DNA from: a virus
Lineage: Duplodnaviria > Caudoviricetes
IMG/VR virus record: IMGVR_UViG_3300008110_000287
Span: 1-41,751 of that record
Reading direction: 5' to 3' (one strand)
Length of the DNA stretch: 41,751 bases
Shown here: positions 28,621 through 37,721 of the stretch, piece by piece
Numbering within the stretch: position 1 is the first letter of the stretch
Layout: every line of letters starts with the position of its first letter
Notes under the pieces: model-generated
Database searches by the model: none
What the model was told of the DNA's origin: nothing
What the model saw: only the letters and a program-made list of their open reading frames with translations
Made by a program: the position numbers and the translations under genes

Positions 28621-29209
28621 CTATAATATCCCGTAAAATTCGTTTATAAGAGAACACATCAATATGTATAAAGGGTTTATACTTTTTGATTTTTAAACTT
28701 ACGGTTTCCCACACAGGGTCCAGAAGTTTTTTATCAAATACATTCCCAAACAGAAATATTATATCATAAATGACTAGTGTTTCAAGACTAATATTTCCAC
28801 TCAGAAACTTTTTTAGTACCGGCGGATGCCCTTTGGAGCAATTCAAGGCATCTTCTAATTTTATTTCCGAGAACAATTCTGTTGATTGCTCCTTGAATAA
28901 GTAACTCAGACTCTGTTGTCTTTTCATCCATTCCTGGTAGTTTTTTTCTCCAGAATTGATAATTTCTCCAATCCATATACTTTGGGGATTATCTGTTGAA
29001 ATAAAGTTTGATACTAAGAAATCAACAACTTCTTTATCAGAATACTTACGTGATGTTTTTTCAAACCAGTATTTGTCCTTACGTTTATTAAAGGAGGTTA
29101 GACTGGCACGAGTTTTAGCACCATATTTAAAGAAGTCGTATTTTGGATTTGTGAAATGATTTTTAAGTGACAAATAATGTTGATAGGTTTCAAAAGGAGT
29201 CACAATCAT
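28613..29209 (-). CDS. gp59: Helicase loader gp59
   Basis: YLSLKNHFT...YDFFKYG...FNKRKDKYWFEK...ISLETL. Confidence 0.92.
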   Translation of the reverse strand: MIVTPFETYQHYLSLKNHFTNPKYDFFKYGAKTRASLTSFNKRKDKYWFEKTSRKYSDKEVVDFLVSNFISTDNPQSIWIGEIINSGEKNYQEWMKRQQSLSYLFKEQSTELFSEIKLEDALNCSKGHPPVLKKFLSGNISLETLVIYDIIFLFGNVFDKKLLDPVWETVSLKIKKYKPFIHIDVFSYKRILRDIIDE

Positions 29210-29475
29210 AAAGGCAATTTTGCTCTCGAAGTTTTCTTCATAAAGTTAAGACGAATGGCATCCCATTTCAACCTTTCTTTGAGAGGTTTTGAAATAAGTT
29301 TTGCAATTGAATCAACTTCAATACTGTTAATTTCACAATAATGACAGATGGCATCAATGTAATTACAGTTTTCTTCTGCAACGATTTTCTCAATTTCTAG
29401 AGCAAACTTAGAAGGCGTAAGAAATTTGTCCTCTATTGCCTTTTCTAATTCTACATTTTCTTTATTTTGTTCCAT
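29206..29475 (-). CDS. gp33: Late promoter transcription coactivator gp33
   Basis: FALEIEKIV...NYIDAI...KLISKPLKERLK.DA..LNF; start re-called at ATG 29475. Confidence 0.9.
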   Translation of the reverse strand: MEQNKENVELEKAIEDKFLTPSKFALEIEKIVAEENCNYIDAICHYCEINSIEVDSIAKLISKPLKERLKWDAIRLNFMKKTSRAKLPL

Positions 29476-30142
29476 AGAGTTCCAGTTTATCTCCAACAAA
29501 CTTTCTAATGTATTGGGTAAGCAGTTTGATGTACTTTGGTTTGTCATATTCTTCATAGACGACACATTCTCCATTTTCGCAAGCCATAATGATTACAAGT
29601 TTTTTGACTGAAATTCCAGTCAATTCGTATAGCATACATCCATATGCCATACACTGAACAAAATAATGTTCGATCCACTCTCGTGGTTTTGGTTTTTTAG
29701 ATGTCTTAAAGTCTATGATTGCTAGTTCGCCATTATATTCTGCAATACAGTCAACTGTTCCAGCAATACCTAGTATCTTACTATATAGGGACCCTTCAAG
29801 AGAGTGAATATTGCTTATACGATTGAGTTCTGTTTTAGAAATCTTGAACAGAAAATCAGAAAGAGGTTGAACTGGTGGAAGTTCTTTATTATACAAATAG
29901 TTTTCAACTAGAGTGTGCATATCAGTTCCACGACTTGTTGCCGCTTTTGTGACACGCTCTGCCTCTGCTTCTCCGACCTTTTTACGCCATTTAACAAAAA
30001 TTTCTTTATTAAAATGACTGGTCACCGAAGTGATGGAGACCAGTCTGAGAAGTTCTTCTTCGGTTGGAACTTTATAATAACGAACACCATCTATAGTTTC
30101 TCTCTCAAGTTGAGGGAGATTCAAATCAATATGATTAAACAT
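29462..30142 (-). CDS. PD-(D/E)XK exonuclease
   Basis: SITSV, RGTDMH, AGTVDCIAE...IIDFKTS...YFVQ. Confidence 0.88.
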   Translation of the reverse strand: MFNHIDLNLPQLERETIDGVRYYKVPTEEELLRLVSITSVTSHFNKEIFVKWRKKVGEAEAERVTKAATSRGTDMHTLVENYLYNKELPPVQPLSDFLFKISKTELNRISNIHSLEGSLYSKILGIAGTVDCIAEYNGELAIIDFKTSKKPKPREWIEHYFVQCMAYGCMLYELTGISVKKLVIIMACENGECVVYEEYDKPKYIKLLTQYIRKFVGDKLELYGTK

Positions 30143-30894
30143 TAAAATCCTGCATCCATTTTAGCAATAATATACTCTTTGACAAGTCCCGAACGAACAA
30201 TATCTTCGACACCAAATTCAATTATATCAAAAGATGGCATTTTACGCAAGACTGTCATAAAATCAATAATTCCATTACGCTCATTTGTTTTCTGTAGGTC
30301 ACTCTGAGAGGCATCTCCACAGAACATAATCTTTGAGTTCTCACCAACACGAGTAATAATAGAATCTAGTTCGTGATATGACATATTTTGGAACTCATCC
30401 ACAATAATAATAGAATTATCAAGCGTGGTTCCTCTTAAGAATGAGGTGCTCCAGAACTTAATTGTTTCCTGAGATTTGAGATTTCCATAGAGCATCTCAA
30501 ATTCGGCATCACTTGAAAGTTGAAACATATACTTCACCATATTCTTATAAGGAATCTGATAAATATCCGACTTGTCATCATAAGAACCGGGAAGAAATCC
30601 AATCTCCCTTGTGGCAACTAAAGAACGGACAAGGTAGATTTTTTCGAAAGGTGTTCTTTCATCTAGAACTTCGCGGAGAGCATTATAAAGAGTGATAAAA
30701 GTTTTACCAGTACCGGCGCACCCGTAGGCAACTAAATGCTTTTGGTCGGCATACGAATCAAAAAGTTTTCTTTGATTATCTGTAAGTGGGTCAATATCTA
30801 CCAGATATTCACCACTTAAAGGTTTTTTACGCTTTGCTTGACGAGTAGTAAGACCAACACCGATTGGTTGCTCTGCTCTTTTTCTTCTTGCCAT
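30142..30894 (-). CDS. phoH: PhoH-like ATPase
   Basis: GCAGTGKT, GFLPG, SFLRGTT, IIVDEFQN, TRVGENSK, GDASQSDL, DIVRSGLV. Confidence 0.97.
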   Translation of the reverse strand: MARRKRAEQPIGVGLTTRQAKRKKPLSGEYLVDIDPLTDNQRKLFDSYADQKHLVAYGCAGTGKTFITLYNALREVLDERTPFEKIYLVRSLVATREIGFLPGSYDDKSDIYQIPYKNMVKYMFQLSSDAEFEMLYGNLKSQETIKFWSTSFLRGTTLDNSIIIVDEFQNMSYHELDSIITRVGENSKIMFCGDASQSDLQKTNERNGIIDFMTVLRKMPSFDIIEFGVEDIVRSGLVKEYIIAKMDAGF

Positions 30895-30900
30895 AAGTGT

Positions 30901-31140
30901 TTAGATTTTTTTTACATTTGAACCGGGCATTTTTGATGCACGACCAAGAACATCGTTCCATCCAGGATTTTTAGAAATCAGTTTATTTTGCCAATCACCA
31001 ACCTCACCAACATTCATTTGTGTTGGAATAAGTGGTTTCATATGTGGGTTTTCCTTAAGATATGGATCTTTTTCTGCCATATACATCCATTTCTCAAAGA
31101 TTTCACCTGTTTCTGTATTTTCAAACCGATATGTAGGCAT
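30901..31140 (-). CDS. Conserved small cyanophage protein (FmdB-like N-terminus)
   Basis: MPTYRFENTETGE...GWNDVL; late-promoter motif CTAAATA at 31168-31162. Confidence 0.75.
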   Translation of the reverse strand: MPTYRFENTETGEIFEKWMYMAEKDPYLKENPHMKPLIPTQMNVGEVGDWQNKLISKNPGWNDVLGRASKMPGSNVKKI

Positions 31141-31164
31141 AAGTTATAATAATTTACAAAATAT

Positions 31165-31917
31165 TTAGGGGGAAAGACGTGCCTTATGAAGCCTCTTTTC
31201 TTCATAATATGCCCAAACACTTGGAGTCCATTTCTGGAGTTCTGGAACAAAAGATTCACACAATGCCTGAATTTCAAGTTGAGCATCAAGTTTAGAACGA
31301 AGATCCATAAAGTGAAGAACAGAACGAAGATTGAAGGAAACTACAAAGTTCTGACGAATTGCCTGAGGTAGATAATCCCGAATGTGCTCCTCACACATAC
31401 CTTGCTCATAGTAGTCAGAGTACTCCTCACACTCACTCAGAATGCGCCCTAGTTTGCGTTGACGGTGTTCTTGCGTCCACTCATACTTCTTACCCTTACG
31501 GTTAGTGTAGAACCCCACAGGGCGCACGTAGAACACCTCTTCAATATCAAGTTCTTTCTTGGCAACTTTAACAACTCTCTTTCCAGTATAACGTTGCGAT
31601 TGAACATCCCAGGTTGTTCCAATACGATGAGTTCTTGCCTGAACAATCACATTATGAACGAATCCAGAACAAGAAAAAGTAATCTGTGGGTGCTCTAATG
31701 GTCCCCAGTGACCTCTTTCATTTGCAAGTAATTGTTCAACAACCCATTCACCACACTTAGCACTATTCGGAACTTCTACATTATGGATGGGAACTTCAGA
31801 ATAATCACCTTTACCTGCCTGCCAAACAACTTGTTCTGGAATTGGATAAGACTGAAGTTTAACTACTTCAAGGTACTTATCAAGTTCTAATAGATCTTTT
31901 GATTTAATTGGTTTCAT
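31165..31917 (-). CDS. thyX: Flavin-dependent thymidylate synthase
   Basis: GHWGPLEH, QARTHR...VQSQRY, EEHIRDYLP, NLRS..HF..LR...AQLEI. Confidence 0.95.
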   Translation of the reverse strand: MKPIKSKDLLELDKYLEVVKLQSYPIPEQVVWQAGKGDYSEVPIHNVEVPNSAKCGEWVVEQLLANERGHWGPLEHPQITFSCSGFVHNVIVQARTHRIGTTWDVQSQRYTGKRVVKVAKKELDIEEVFYVRPVGFYTNRKGKKYEWTQEHRQRKLGRILSECEEYSDYYEQGMCEEHIRDYLPQAIRQNFVVSFNLRSVLHFMDLRSKLDAQLEIQALCESFVPELQKWTPSVWAYYEEKRLHKARLSP

Positions 31918-32078
31918 TTTCCAAATCCTTTCGACATTTTAGTTTCTAATTCTGCAAGTTCCTGTTTAACAACTCGCAATTGTGATTTCATTTCCTTAAG
32001 TTGCTCACCAGAATATAGATGATCTTGTTTGATTAATCTTTCCAACAATTTTACAAGTTTTCTAGATCTTGCTGTCAT
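31914..32078 (-). CDS. Small hypothetical protein (54 aa)
   Basis: Not in track. MTARSRKLVKLLERLIKQDHLYSGEQLKEMK...SKGFGK; ATGA overlaps at both ends. Confidence 0.8.
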   Translation of the reverse strand: MTARSRKLVKLLERLIKQDHLYSGEQLKEMKSQLRVVKQELAELETKMSKGFGK

Positions 32079-32242
32079 AGTTTATAATCCTCACCGAAAA
32101 TTTCATCATAGTCTACTTCTTGTGGTCGAATATCATCATATCTATACTTATATGGTTGCCCATCAGACAAAATTTCACCTTTTAAAGAATCTAACAAGAG
32201 TTCCATATTACGAATAATAAGTTTGATTTTTTCTTTATCCAT
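32075..32242 (-). CDS. Small hypothetical protein (55 aa)
   Basis: Not in track. MDKEKIKLIIRNMELLLDSLKGEILSD...DYDEIF; first gene after a consensus promoter. Confidence 0.8.
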   Translation of the reverse strand: MDKEKIKLIIRNMELLLDSLKGEILSDGQPYKYRYDDIRPQEVDYDEIFGEDYKL

Positions 32243-32263
32243 TTAGAGTAATATTCTGGTCCA

Positions 32264-32292
32264 ATTATACAAAAAAAGAGAGGACTTGTCAA
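32264..32292 (-). promoter_or_regulatory. Perfect sigma70 promoter
   Basis: TTGACA-17 bp-TATAAT. Confidence 0.9.
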
Positions 32293-32300
32293 TCCTCTCT
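32271..32300 (-). terminator. Rho-independent terminator overlapping that promoter
   Basis: AGAGAGGA-TTGACAAG-TCCTCTCT followed by a T-run. Confidence 0.85.
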
Positions 32301-32441
32301 ATCAACTTTAAAAATTTGCTCAAACCATTCACTTAAATGTATTCCATAACAATGCCAATAATTATTACCCCTGTATGTTAAAAGGTAACAAGCAGGTTTT
32401 CTACCATCCGGATCTTCTTTATGGTAGAAGTCTTCAATCAC
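32289..32441 (-). CDS. Small YRG-motif (DUF4278-like) protein (50 aa)
   Basis: Not in track. GTG start overlaps the upstream TGA; ...CYLLTYRGNNYW... Confidence 0.65.
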   Translation of the reverse strand: MIEDFYHKEDPDGRKPACYLLTYRGNNYWHCYGIHLSEWFEQIFKVDRED

Positions 32442-32539
32442 GCTACTTGAGGCTTTTTCGCCATATTAAGTTTAGCATTGTGAAGTTTAGTTTGCTTCTT
32501 CTCTTTGTCTTTTAAGTATTGAACGAAAGTGATTTTCAT
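32438..32539 (-). CDS. Basic 33-aa peptide downstream of the riboswitch
   Basis: MKITFVQYLKDKEKKQTKLHNAKLNMAKKPQVA; strong RBS AAAGGAG 7 nt upstream. Confidence 0.75.
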   Translation of the reverse strand: MKITFVQYLKDKEKKQTKLHNAKLNMAKKPQVA

Positions 32540-32568
32540 AAGTTTGCTCCTTTACTGATGAGTAAATT

Positions 32569-32615
32569 TGCGTTTCTTCGGTTTCCCTACTTCCATCGCC
32601 TAAGCGATAAACGTA
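32569..32615 (-). ncRNA. Glutamine riboswitch (glnA RNA motif)
   Basis: P1 CGTTT/AAACG, P2 ATCGC-TTAG-GCGAT, GGAAGTA junction, P3 GG-GAAA-CC, GAAG (loop-E strands AGUA/GAA). Confidence 0.8.
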
Positions 32616-32636
32616 AAATATGTATATAACTTATTT

Positions 32637-32652
32637 TGTAACTTTTGATACA
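32637..32652. promoter_or_regulatory. NtcA-binding site
   Basis: TGTA-ACTTTTGA-TACA, a perfect TGTA-N8-TACA, ~23 bp upstream of the riboswitch. Confidence 0.75.
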
Positions 32653-32730
32653 ATTTTAAAAGCCTTAAGGGTTAAAAATTTTGGCGGAATTTTTTGCCAC
32701 CCAAAATGAAATTAAAGTTCAATTTTGATT

Positions 32731-33057
32731 TTATCGCTCAATATAACTAAGGGTATGATTACTAGCAGATAATTGTTCGATGATTACGTCGCACCCTATT
32801 TTTGGGTTGCAATCACCACAAGTATAAACATCACAAGCTGCCTTTCCCTCCTCAGGCCAAGTATGGATACTAATATGACTCTCAGACAATAAGCACAATA
32901 CTGTAACTCCTTGCGGATCAAACTTTTTATAAATTGTTTGACATACGGTTGCCCCACTAATTGCTGCGGCATTTTCTAGTAGATCAATAAGAAAATGCTC
33001 ATCGTTCAAAAGAACGAATGAGCATCCGTATAAGTTAAGTAAATAGTGCTTTCCCAT
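32731..33057 (-). CDS. speD: S-adenosylmethionine decarboxylase proenzyme
   Basis: MGKH, FDPQGVT, LSESHISIHTWPE, DVYTCG. Confidence 0.95.
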   Translation of the reverse strand: MGKHYLLNLYGCSFVLLNDEHFLIDLLENAAAISGATVCQTIYKKFDPQGVTVLCLLSESHISIHTWPEEGKAACDVYTCGDCNPKIGCDVIIEQLSASNHTLSYIER

Positions 33058-33432
33058 TTATTTTCTTTTTTTAGGTTTTGGTGCCTGGTATCCCCACAGT
33101 TTTGGATTAACTTTACCATCAGCCCATCTCATCCCTTTAAAACCTTCTCTAAACTTATCCCAATATAGATCAAAAATTTTAGATTGTTTAGGACTTCTTG
33201 TGATGTCATAACAAACTTTGCCATCAAGTAGATAGGCAACTAGGTAGGCATCAAGAGGAAGATTTGGATTTTTAGCATCCTGTAAGGTACATCTTTCTTG
33301 AATAATTTCGCATCCATAACGAGATTTAGAAAGTTCTCTTTCGTGTGGAGTCCATACTTCTAAATTAGTCTCTTTATCGGATGCCTTATCTTTTTCTGCT
33401 GACATCTTTTTCGGTGTAATATTTCTAGTCAT
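33058..33432 (-). CDS. Conserved cyanophage hypothetical protein
   Basis: LPLDAYLV.Y...YDI...IFDLYWDK...GKVNPKLWG; start re-called at ATG with GAGG upstream. Confidence 0.75.
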   Translation of the reverse strand: MTRNITPKKMSAEKDKASDKETNLEVWTPHERELSKSRYGCEIIQERCTLQDAKNPNLPLDAYLVAYLLDGKVCYDITRSPKQSKIFDLYWDKFREGFKGMRWADGKVNPKLWGYQAPKPKKRK

Positions 33433-33463
33433 TACAATAAACCTCACTTAATATAGTAACGTA

Positions 33464-34078
33464 TCAACCTCTACCACCCCATCTAATATCTGGGTAAGCT
33501 TGTGATACGATTTCTTTGGTAATTTTATATTTAGTTTGTAGTTTTTTATCTTTACAGAGGCATACAATTTCTGCTTCTAATGGATGCAATCCTTGCAGAA
33601 CATTGATGAACATCGTTTCTCTGCGAAGAGAACTTAGACTATCATTCCCACCCCTAATAAAATTATAAAACGCATTATATTCTTTACGAATAGAAGATCT
33701 TCCTTGATCATTGGCACCAAGAGAATTGGTTCCAATTTCTTGCATTTTAGAAACTGCATCAGTAATCTTTTCGCTTACAGTTCCACTGAAAGAATTTTGT
33801 TCCCCAACACTTGCATATGGAACTTCACCTTCAGGAAGCATTGAGATAATACTTTCATCAAAATTCCAAATAAAAATGGATTTTAATGATGCATCTTCAT
33901 ATTTTTTAAGAATTTCTACCTTTTTTGCATTTGTTCTTTGCTTTGATACAAGTTGAAGAACTTCAAATGCAAATGGATTCGTTGGTAAATTATCAGAAAT
34001 AACTTCAAACTTTTTAGTATTAGTTGTTGGTACTTCTTTAATTTCTTTAGTCTTCTTCGTCGTTGTCTTCGTAGTCAT
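33464..34078 (-). CDS. Conserved T4-like phage protein (DUF6433-like)
   Basis: LPEGEVPY, RRETMFINVLQGLHPLEAE...KDKKL. Confidence 0.75.
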   Translation of the reverse strand: MTTKTTTKKTKEIKEVPTTNTKKFEVISDNLPTNPFAFEVLQLVSKQRTNAKKVEILKKYEDASLKSIFIWNFDESIISMLPEGEVPYASVGEQNSFSGTVSEKITDAVSKMQEIGTNSLGANDQGRSSIRKEYNAFYNFIRGGNDSLSSLRRETMFINVLQGLHPLEAEIVCLCKDKKLQTKYKITKEIVSQAYPDIRWGGRG

Positions 34079-34271
34079 AATCGTTTTCAAACCTCACGGC
34101 AAGTATTTCGTCTGGAATAATGTTCCCATTTGCATCATACATTTCTGGATGGAATTTAGGGAATTCTTGATAGTTCATCATATATTCTCTAGCAACCCAA
34201 CCTGTCATTATCCCGACTATAAAAAATAAAACGGTCATAAATGAACCGAATACTAAACTAGTTGCTAACAT
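34047..34271 (-). CDS. Small membrane protein
   Basis: One hydrophobic helix then HPEMYDANGNIIPDEILAVRFEN; start re-called at ATG 34271. Confidence 0.75.
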   Translation of the reverse strand: MLATSLVFGSFMTVLFFIVGIMTGWVAREYMMNYQEFPKFHPEMYDANGNIIPDEILAVRFENDYDYEDNDEED

Positions 34272-34290
34272 TTTTTTCTCCGGGAAACTA

Positions 34291-34464
34291 CTATTTTTTC
34301 CTTGTTTTAATGGAAAACTCAAAATAAATGGTTACTTCCCGTTTGAGGAGGCAAACCATCTTTTCGTAAATAACGTGAAACAGTTTGGTTTGCTTTTTTT
34401 TACCCCCATTCAAAATTAATTCAACACCACGATTTACGTGGTCATTATTATTTATGTTTGTCAT
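34291..34464 (-). CDS. Small hypothetical protein (57 aa)
   Basis: Not in track. MTNINNNDHVNRGVELILNGG...REVTIYFEFSI; TGATG coupling to glutaredoxin. Confidence 0.7.
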   Translation of the reverse strand: MTNINNNDHVNRGVELILNGGKKKQTKLFHVIYEKMVCLLKREVTIYFEFSIKTRKK

Positions 34465-34700
34465 CAAATAATATTTTGTTCTTTAAGATACTTGACCGTA
34501 TCAGTACATCCACCCAGTTTAATATCATTACAAATAACTTGGGGGAATGTTGAACCTTCACCAAACTCAGAATAGAATTCTTCTCGGGTAAAATCCTGAT
34601 CTAAATTATACACTACATACTTTAGATTTGTCAATTCTAAAACTTGTTTTACTTTTTGGCAATATGGACAACTATCTTTGGAATAAATTGCGAAATTCAT
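34464..34700 (-). CDS. nrdC: Glutaredoxin
   Basis: CPYC, TFPQV, GGCTD; ATAAATA late-type motif at 34732-34726. Confidence 0.93.
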   Translation of the reverse strand: MNFAIYSKDSCPYCQKVKQVLELTNLKYVVYNLDQDFTREEFYSEFGEGSTFPQVICNDIKLGGCTDTVKYLKEQNII

Positions 34701-34747
34701 AACTTTAAAATATTAGGGTTTAACGTATTTATTGTAACAAATTTTGA

Positions 34748-37684
34748 TCATTCATTGAAAATATAAATCATAAATTCACAAGTATAAGTATCAATAAAAT
34801 TATCATCAAATATCTTATCCTTAATATCTAATGAATTTCCCCAAGAAATATTTTGACGAGTACAAGACATAACTTTATAATTTTTAAATTGAGACAGGCA
34901 GTTATTCCTAAAGGTTTTAAACTTATCCCTACAACCCTGATAATTAAGATGAACTTCCATAGCAATAAACTTGACATTATTAAGTAAGAAGTCCATATTT
35001 TCTTCTGTGAAAATACTATATTCCCCACCTTCACAATCAACCTTCATATAATCAACATAATTGATTGAATATTTTTCAATCATATTCTTAAAAGTTATTC
35101 CTGTAAATTCTTCGTCGCCACCAAAGATATTAATTTTATCAATCTCATCTCCAACAATCGCACTATTAATATAGGTTAATGGATTTTCGGAATAATCAAA
35201 TACCTTCTCGGAGCAGTTCTTTGAAAGTACCTTTAGTAACCTTTTAGAAGGTTCCACACAATAAACTTTTTTTGGTTTCTGATCTAAGATTGAAATAGTA
35301 TAAGCACCAACACTGGCACCGATATCTAAAACTACATCACCTTCCTTAACATCATTCCAAAATCTATAAACTTTCTCGTGAATAATTTCTCTTTCTATAG
35401 TCACAATATCTTCATAAGTCAAAGTTGACCAATCAAAATCTTGAGAATAGTTGAAAGAATGATTACTAGGTTTTGCCGAATTTACCGGAACATTTCCACC
35501 TACAACTTTTATCGTTTCACAGATTACATTATAATCATATTCTGATATTTGATAATTGGAAGTGATATCCTGAAGTAATTCTCTAGATTCTTCCGTCTTT
35601 CCCCACCACCAGGCAGCAATAGATTTTTCATAAAGAAGTCCATATTTACCAGGATATGCAACATCAGTTCTTAATGCTGGCAAATCAAAATTACAGTGCC
35701 TAATACCAAGATCAGCAGTGATATAACAATCTTGCCACCATTGCTTTTTTTCGGCATAGCGACTTAAAAGATAATATGCTTCTGGGCGATCAGGTCTAAA
35801 TGCCTGTGCCTGAAACAACATTCCTCTAGAACTTCCATCTCGTTCCCCTTGCTTTTCATAACAATAGGAACCACGAATGAGAGCCTCATACGCAAGATCT
35901 TCATCATCTGCTCTTTCGGCACATCTTAAAAAGTATGAAAGTGCAGGAGCAGTATGCCCCTCTTTCTCATACCAAAGTCCAAGAGAAAAATTATATTCGG
36001 CATTTTCAGTATCCAAAGAATACTGAGTTAGAAGTTCTTCAATCTCAGTTTTTTGTGTCAGAGTTTCTTTTCTATTTACTTTTCCTTTATTTTTCCAATA
36101 TTCTATAACAAGTTCTTTTGACTTTCTATGATTTGTTTTTTGCCCATCACTAACATCATCATCTTCGTTTTCAAAAGTTGACTTAAAATCAATATTTTCA
36201 ACAAAAAGGGGAATGGTATATGTTTTACCAAGAGAAGTAAATAAAATATTCTCAATCAGAGGCATAACATCAGCACTAGGAAGTTCTAAGTGATAAGTAT
36301 CATCAATAATATATGTGTCAATTATTTTTTTAGCATAATCCCTAGTAAGAATATATGCTGTTGCACCCCAATCATCCCAATACCTTTCTCTCAATGCAAA
36401 GGTATCATAACTTCCACGAATTGAAAATAACTGAACACACTCAGCATCTTTAGGTAAAGAATCTACAAATTCTTTCCAAGTGAAATTCCAGTGCTGAACA
36501 GTATCCAGACTCAAATCATCTTCACAGAAAAATCCATAGTTTTCATCTGTAGTTTCATACCAATCCTTAATTGCTTTTAGATGTGAAACGCAACACCCTT
36601 TCGTACCATCATTTAAAGTATCAAGATATTTGCCCGTTAATTTATCATCACAATCAGAAAACTTTTTTGAAACTATAGACCTTGGGGATATCCCATATTT
36701 TGAAAATTGCCCTTCCAACTCTTCCCTTCTATCAGAACATTCTTCAAGACTTACATAATAAGGTGTAGGAAATCCTTTTAATTTATCTTCTTGTTCTTCC
36801 AATTCAATTTCCTCTGCAAAATAATTTTGGTCATCCATTTGAATAATTTTCCAATTTGTCTTTGGTTTTATGTAAGTCTTTTTGTTTTCCCCAATAATTT
36901 TTTGATTTAACTTAGTATGAGTTTGAGAAATGAAATATTCAGCTTGCCATTTATCATTACCATCATTAAAAGAATTTATCCACTGACTTTGACTTCCTTC
37001 CCCATCATCAGAATAAAATCCTTCAAAATTTTCAACTCTTTTTGTATCTGCGTGTGGGAGATGAATCATATTATGATCGCAATCTATTTTTTTATGATTC
37101 AATCCCAAATTTTCCAATCGTTCATAGAGTTCGCTATCTTCAAAGGCATAATATTTTCCAAGATTTTCGTTGTATCCTCCAATCTTTTCAAAATTTTCCT
37201 TAGTAATAAATAAAAGACCAGTAAGGTATTTGAAATAAGGACTATAAGAAGTAAAATATTCTCTTAGTTGCTCAGTACTCATTTCTTGCTTATCAATCAT
37301 ATAAGTATCAGTTTTCTCATCATAAAATTCTGGACTGGTATAATTATGAATACCGGAGGTAAATTCATTTTCACCGGGAAAATATTTTTCAATAAACTTA
37401 TAATATGGATTAATCACATAATCAGTATCAAGTTTAAGAATATAGTCTCCAGTAGCAAGACTCGCAGCAAGATTTAATGGTTGTGGTTGATTAAAATATT
37501 TTTTATTCTGAACAGTTACAATTTTAATTCTTGGATCTAAACTCGTAAAAGAATTAAGTGGTTCATCCGAACTCCAATCTACAACAATAATCTCAGATAT
37601 TTCTTTAAAATTTAACCAAGAATTCAAAGATACTCGAAGTGCAGAATTACGATTTTTGCAGGCACAAATAATAGAAATACTCAT
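34748..37684 (-). CDS. Multidomain glycan enzyme: GT2-like + GT25-like + TPR + FkbM methyltransferase
   Basis: IIVVDWSS/LKLDTD/IGGYNE/FED; RRE...GCCVSHL...EDD...AYIL; RPEAYYLL TPR; VLDIGASVG/VEP/MKVDCEGGE. Confidence 0.85.
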   Translation of the reverse strand: MSISIICACKNRNSALRVSLNSWLNFKEISEIIVVDWSSDEPLNSFTSLDPRIKIVTVQNKKYFNQPQPLNLAASLATGDYILKLDTDYVINPYYKFIEKYFPGENEFTSGIHNYTSPEFYDEKTDTYMIDKQEMSTEQLREYFTSYSPYFKYLTGLLFITKENFEKIGGYNENLGKYYAFEDSELYERLENLGLNHKKIDCDHNMIHLPHADTKRVENFEGFYSDDGEGSQSQWINSFNDGNDKWQAEYFISQTHTKLNQKIIGENKKTYIKPKTNWKIIQMDDQNYFAEEIELEEQEDKLKGFPTPYYVSLEECSDRREELEGQFSKYGISPRSIVSKKFSDCDDKLTGKYLDTLNDGTKGCCVSHLKAIKDWYETTDENYGFFCEDDLSLDTVQHWNFTWKEFVDSLPKDAECVQLFSIRGSYDTFALRERYWDDWGATAYILTRDYAKKIIDTYIIDDTYHLELPSADVMPLIENILFTSLGKTYTIPLFVENIDFKSTFENEDDDVSDGQKTNHRKSKELVIEYWKNKGKVNRKETLTQKTEIEELLTQYSLDTENAEYNFSLGLWYEKEGHTAPALSYFLRCAERADDEDLAYEALIRGSYCYEKQGERDGSSRGMLFQAQAFRPDRPEAYYLLSRYAEKKQWWQDCYITADLGIRHCNFDLPALRTDVAYPGKYGLLYEKSIAAWWWGKTEESRELLQDITSNYQISEYDYNVICETIKVVGGNVPVNSAKPSNHSFNYSQDFDWSTLTYEDIVTIEREIIHEKVYRFWNDVKEGDVVLDIGASVGAYTISILDQKPKKVYCVEPSKRLLKVLSKNCSEKVFDYSENPLTYINSAIVGDEIDKINIFGGDEEFTGITFKNMIEKYSINYVDYMKVDCEGGEYSIFTEENMDFLLNNVKFIAMEVHLNYQGCRDKFKTFRNNCLSQFKNYKVMSCTRQNISWGNSLDIKDKIFDDNFIDTYTCEFMIYIFNE

Positions 37685-37721
37685 AAGTTATTTTTATAAA
37701 ATTAAATCAATGCTGTATATA

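Noticed and set aside
29462-30142. Cas4/CRISPR adaptation nuclease
   Set aside because: Conserved T4-like exonuclease between phoH and gp33; no array, and no clear C-terminal Fe-S Cys cluster.
30895-31170. Pho box upstream of phoH
   Set aside because: No convincing 11-bp-period direct repeats seen; only a late-promoter motif.
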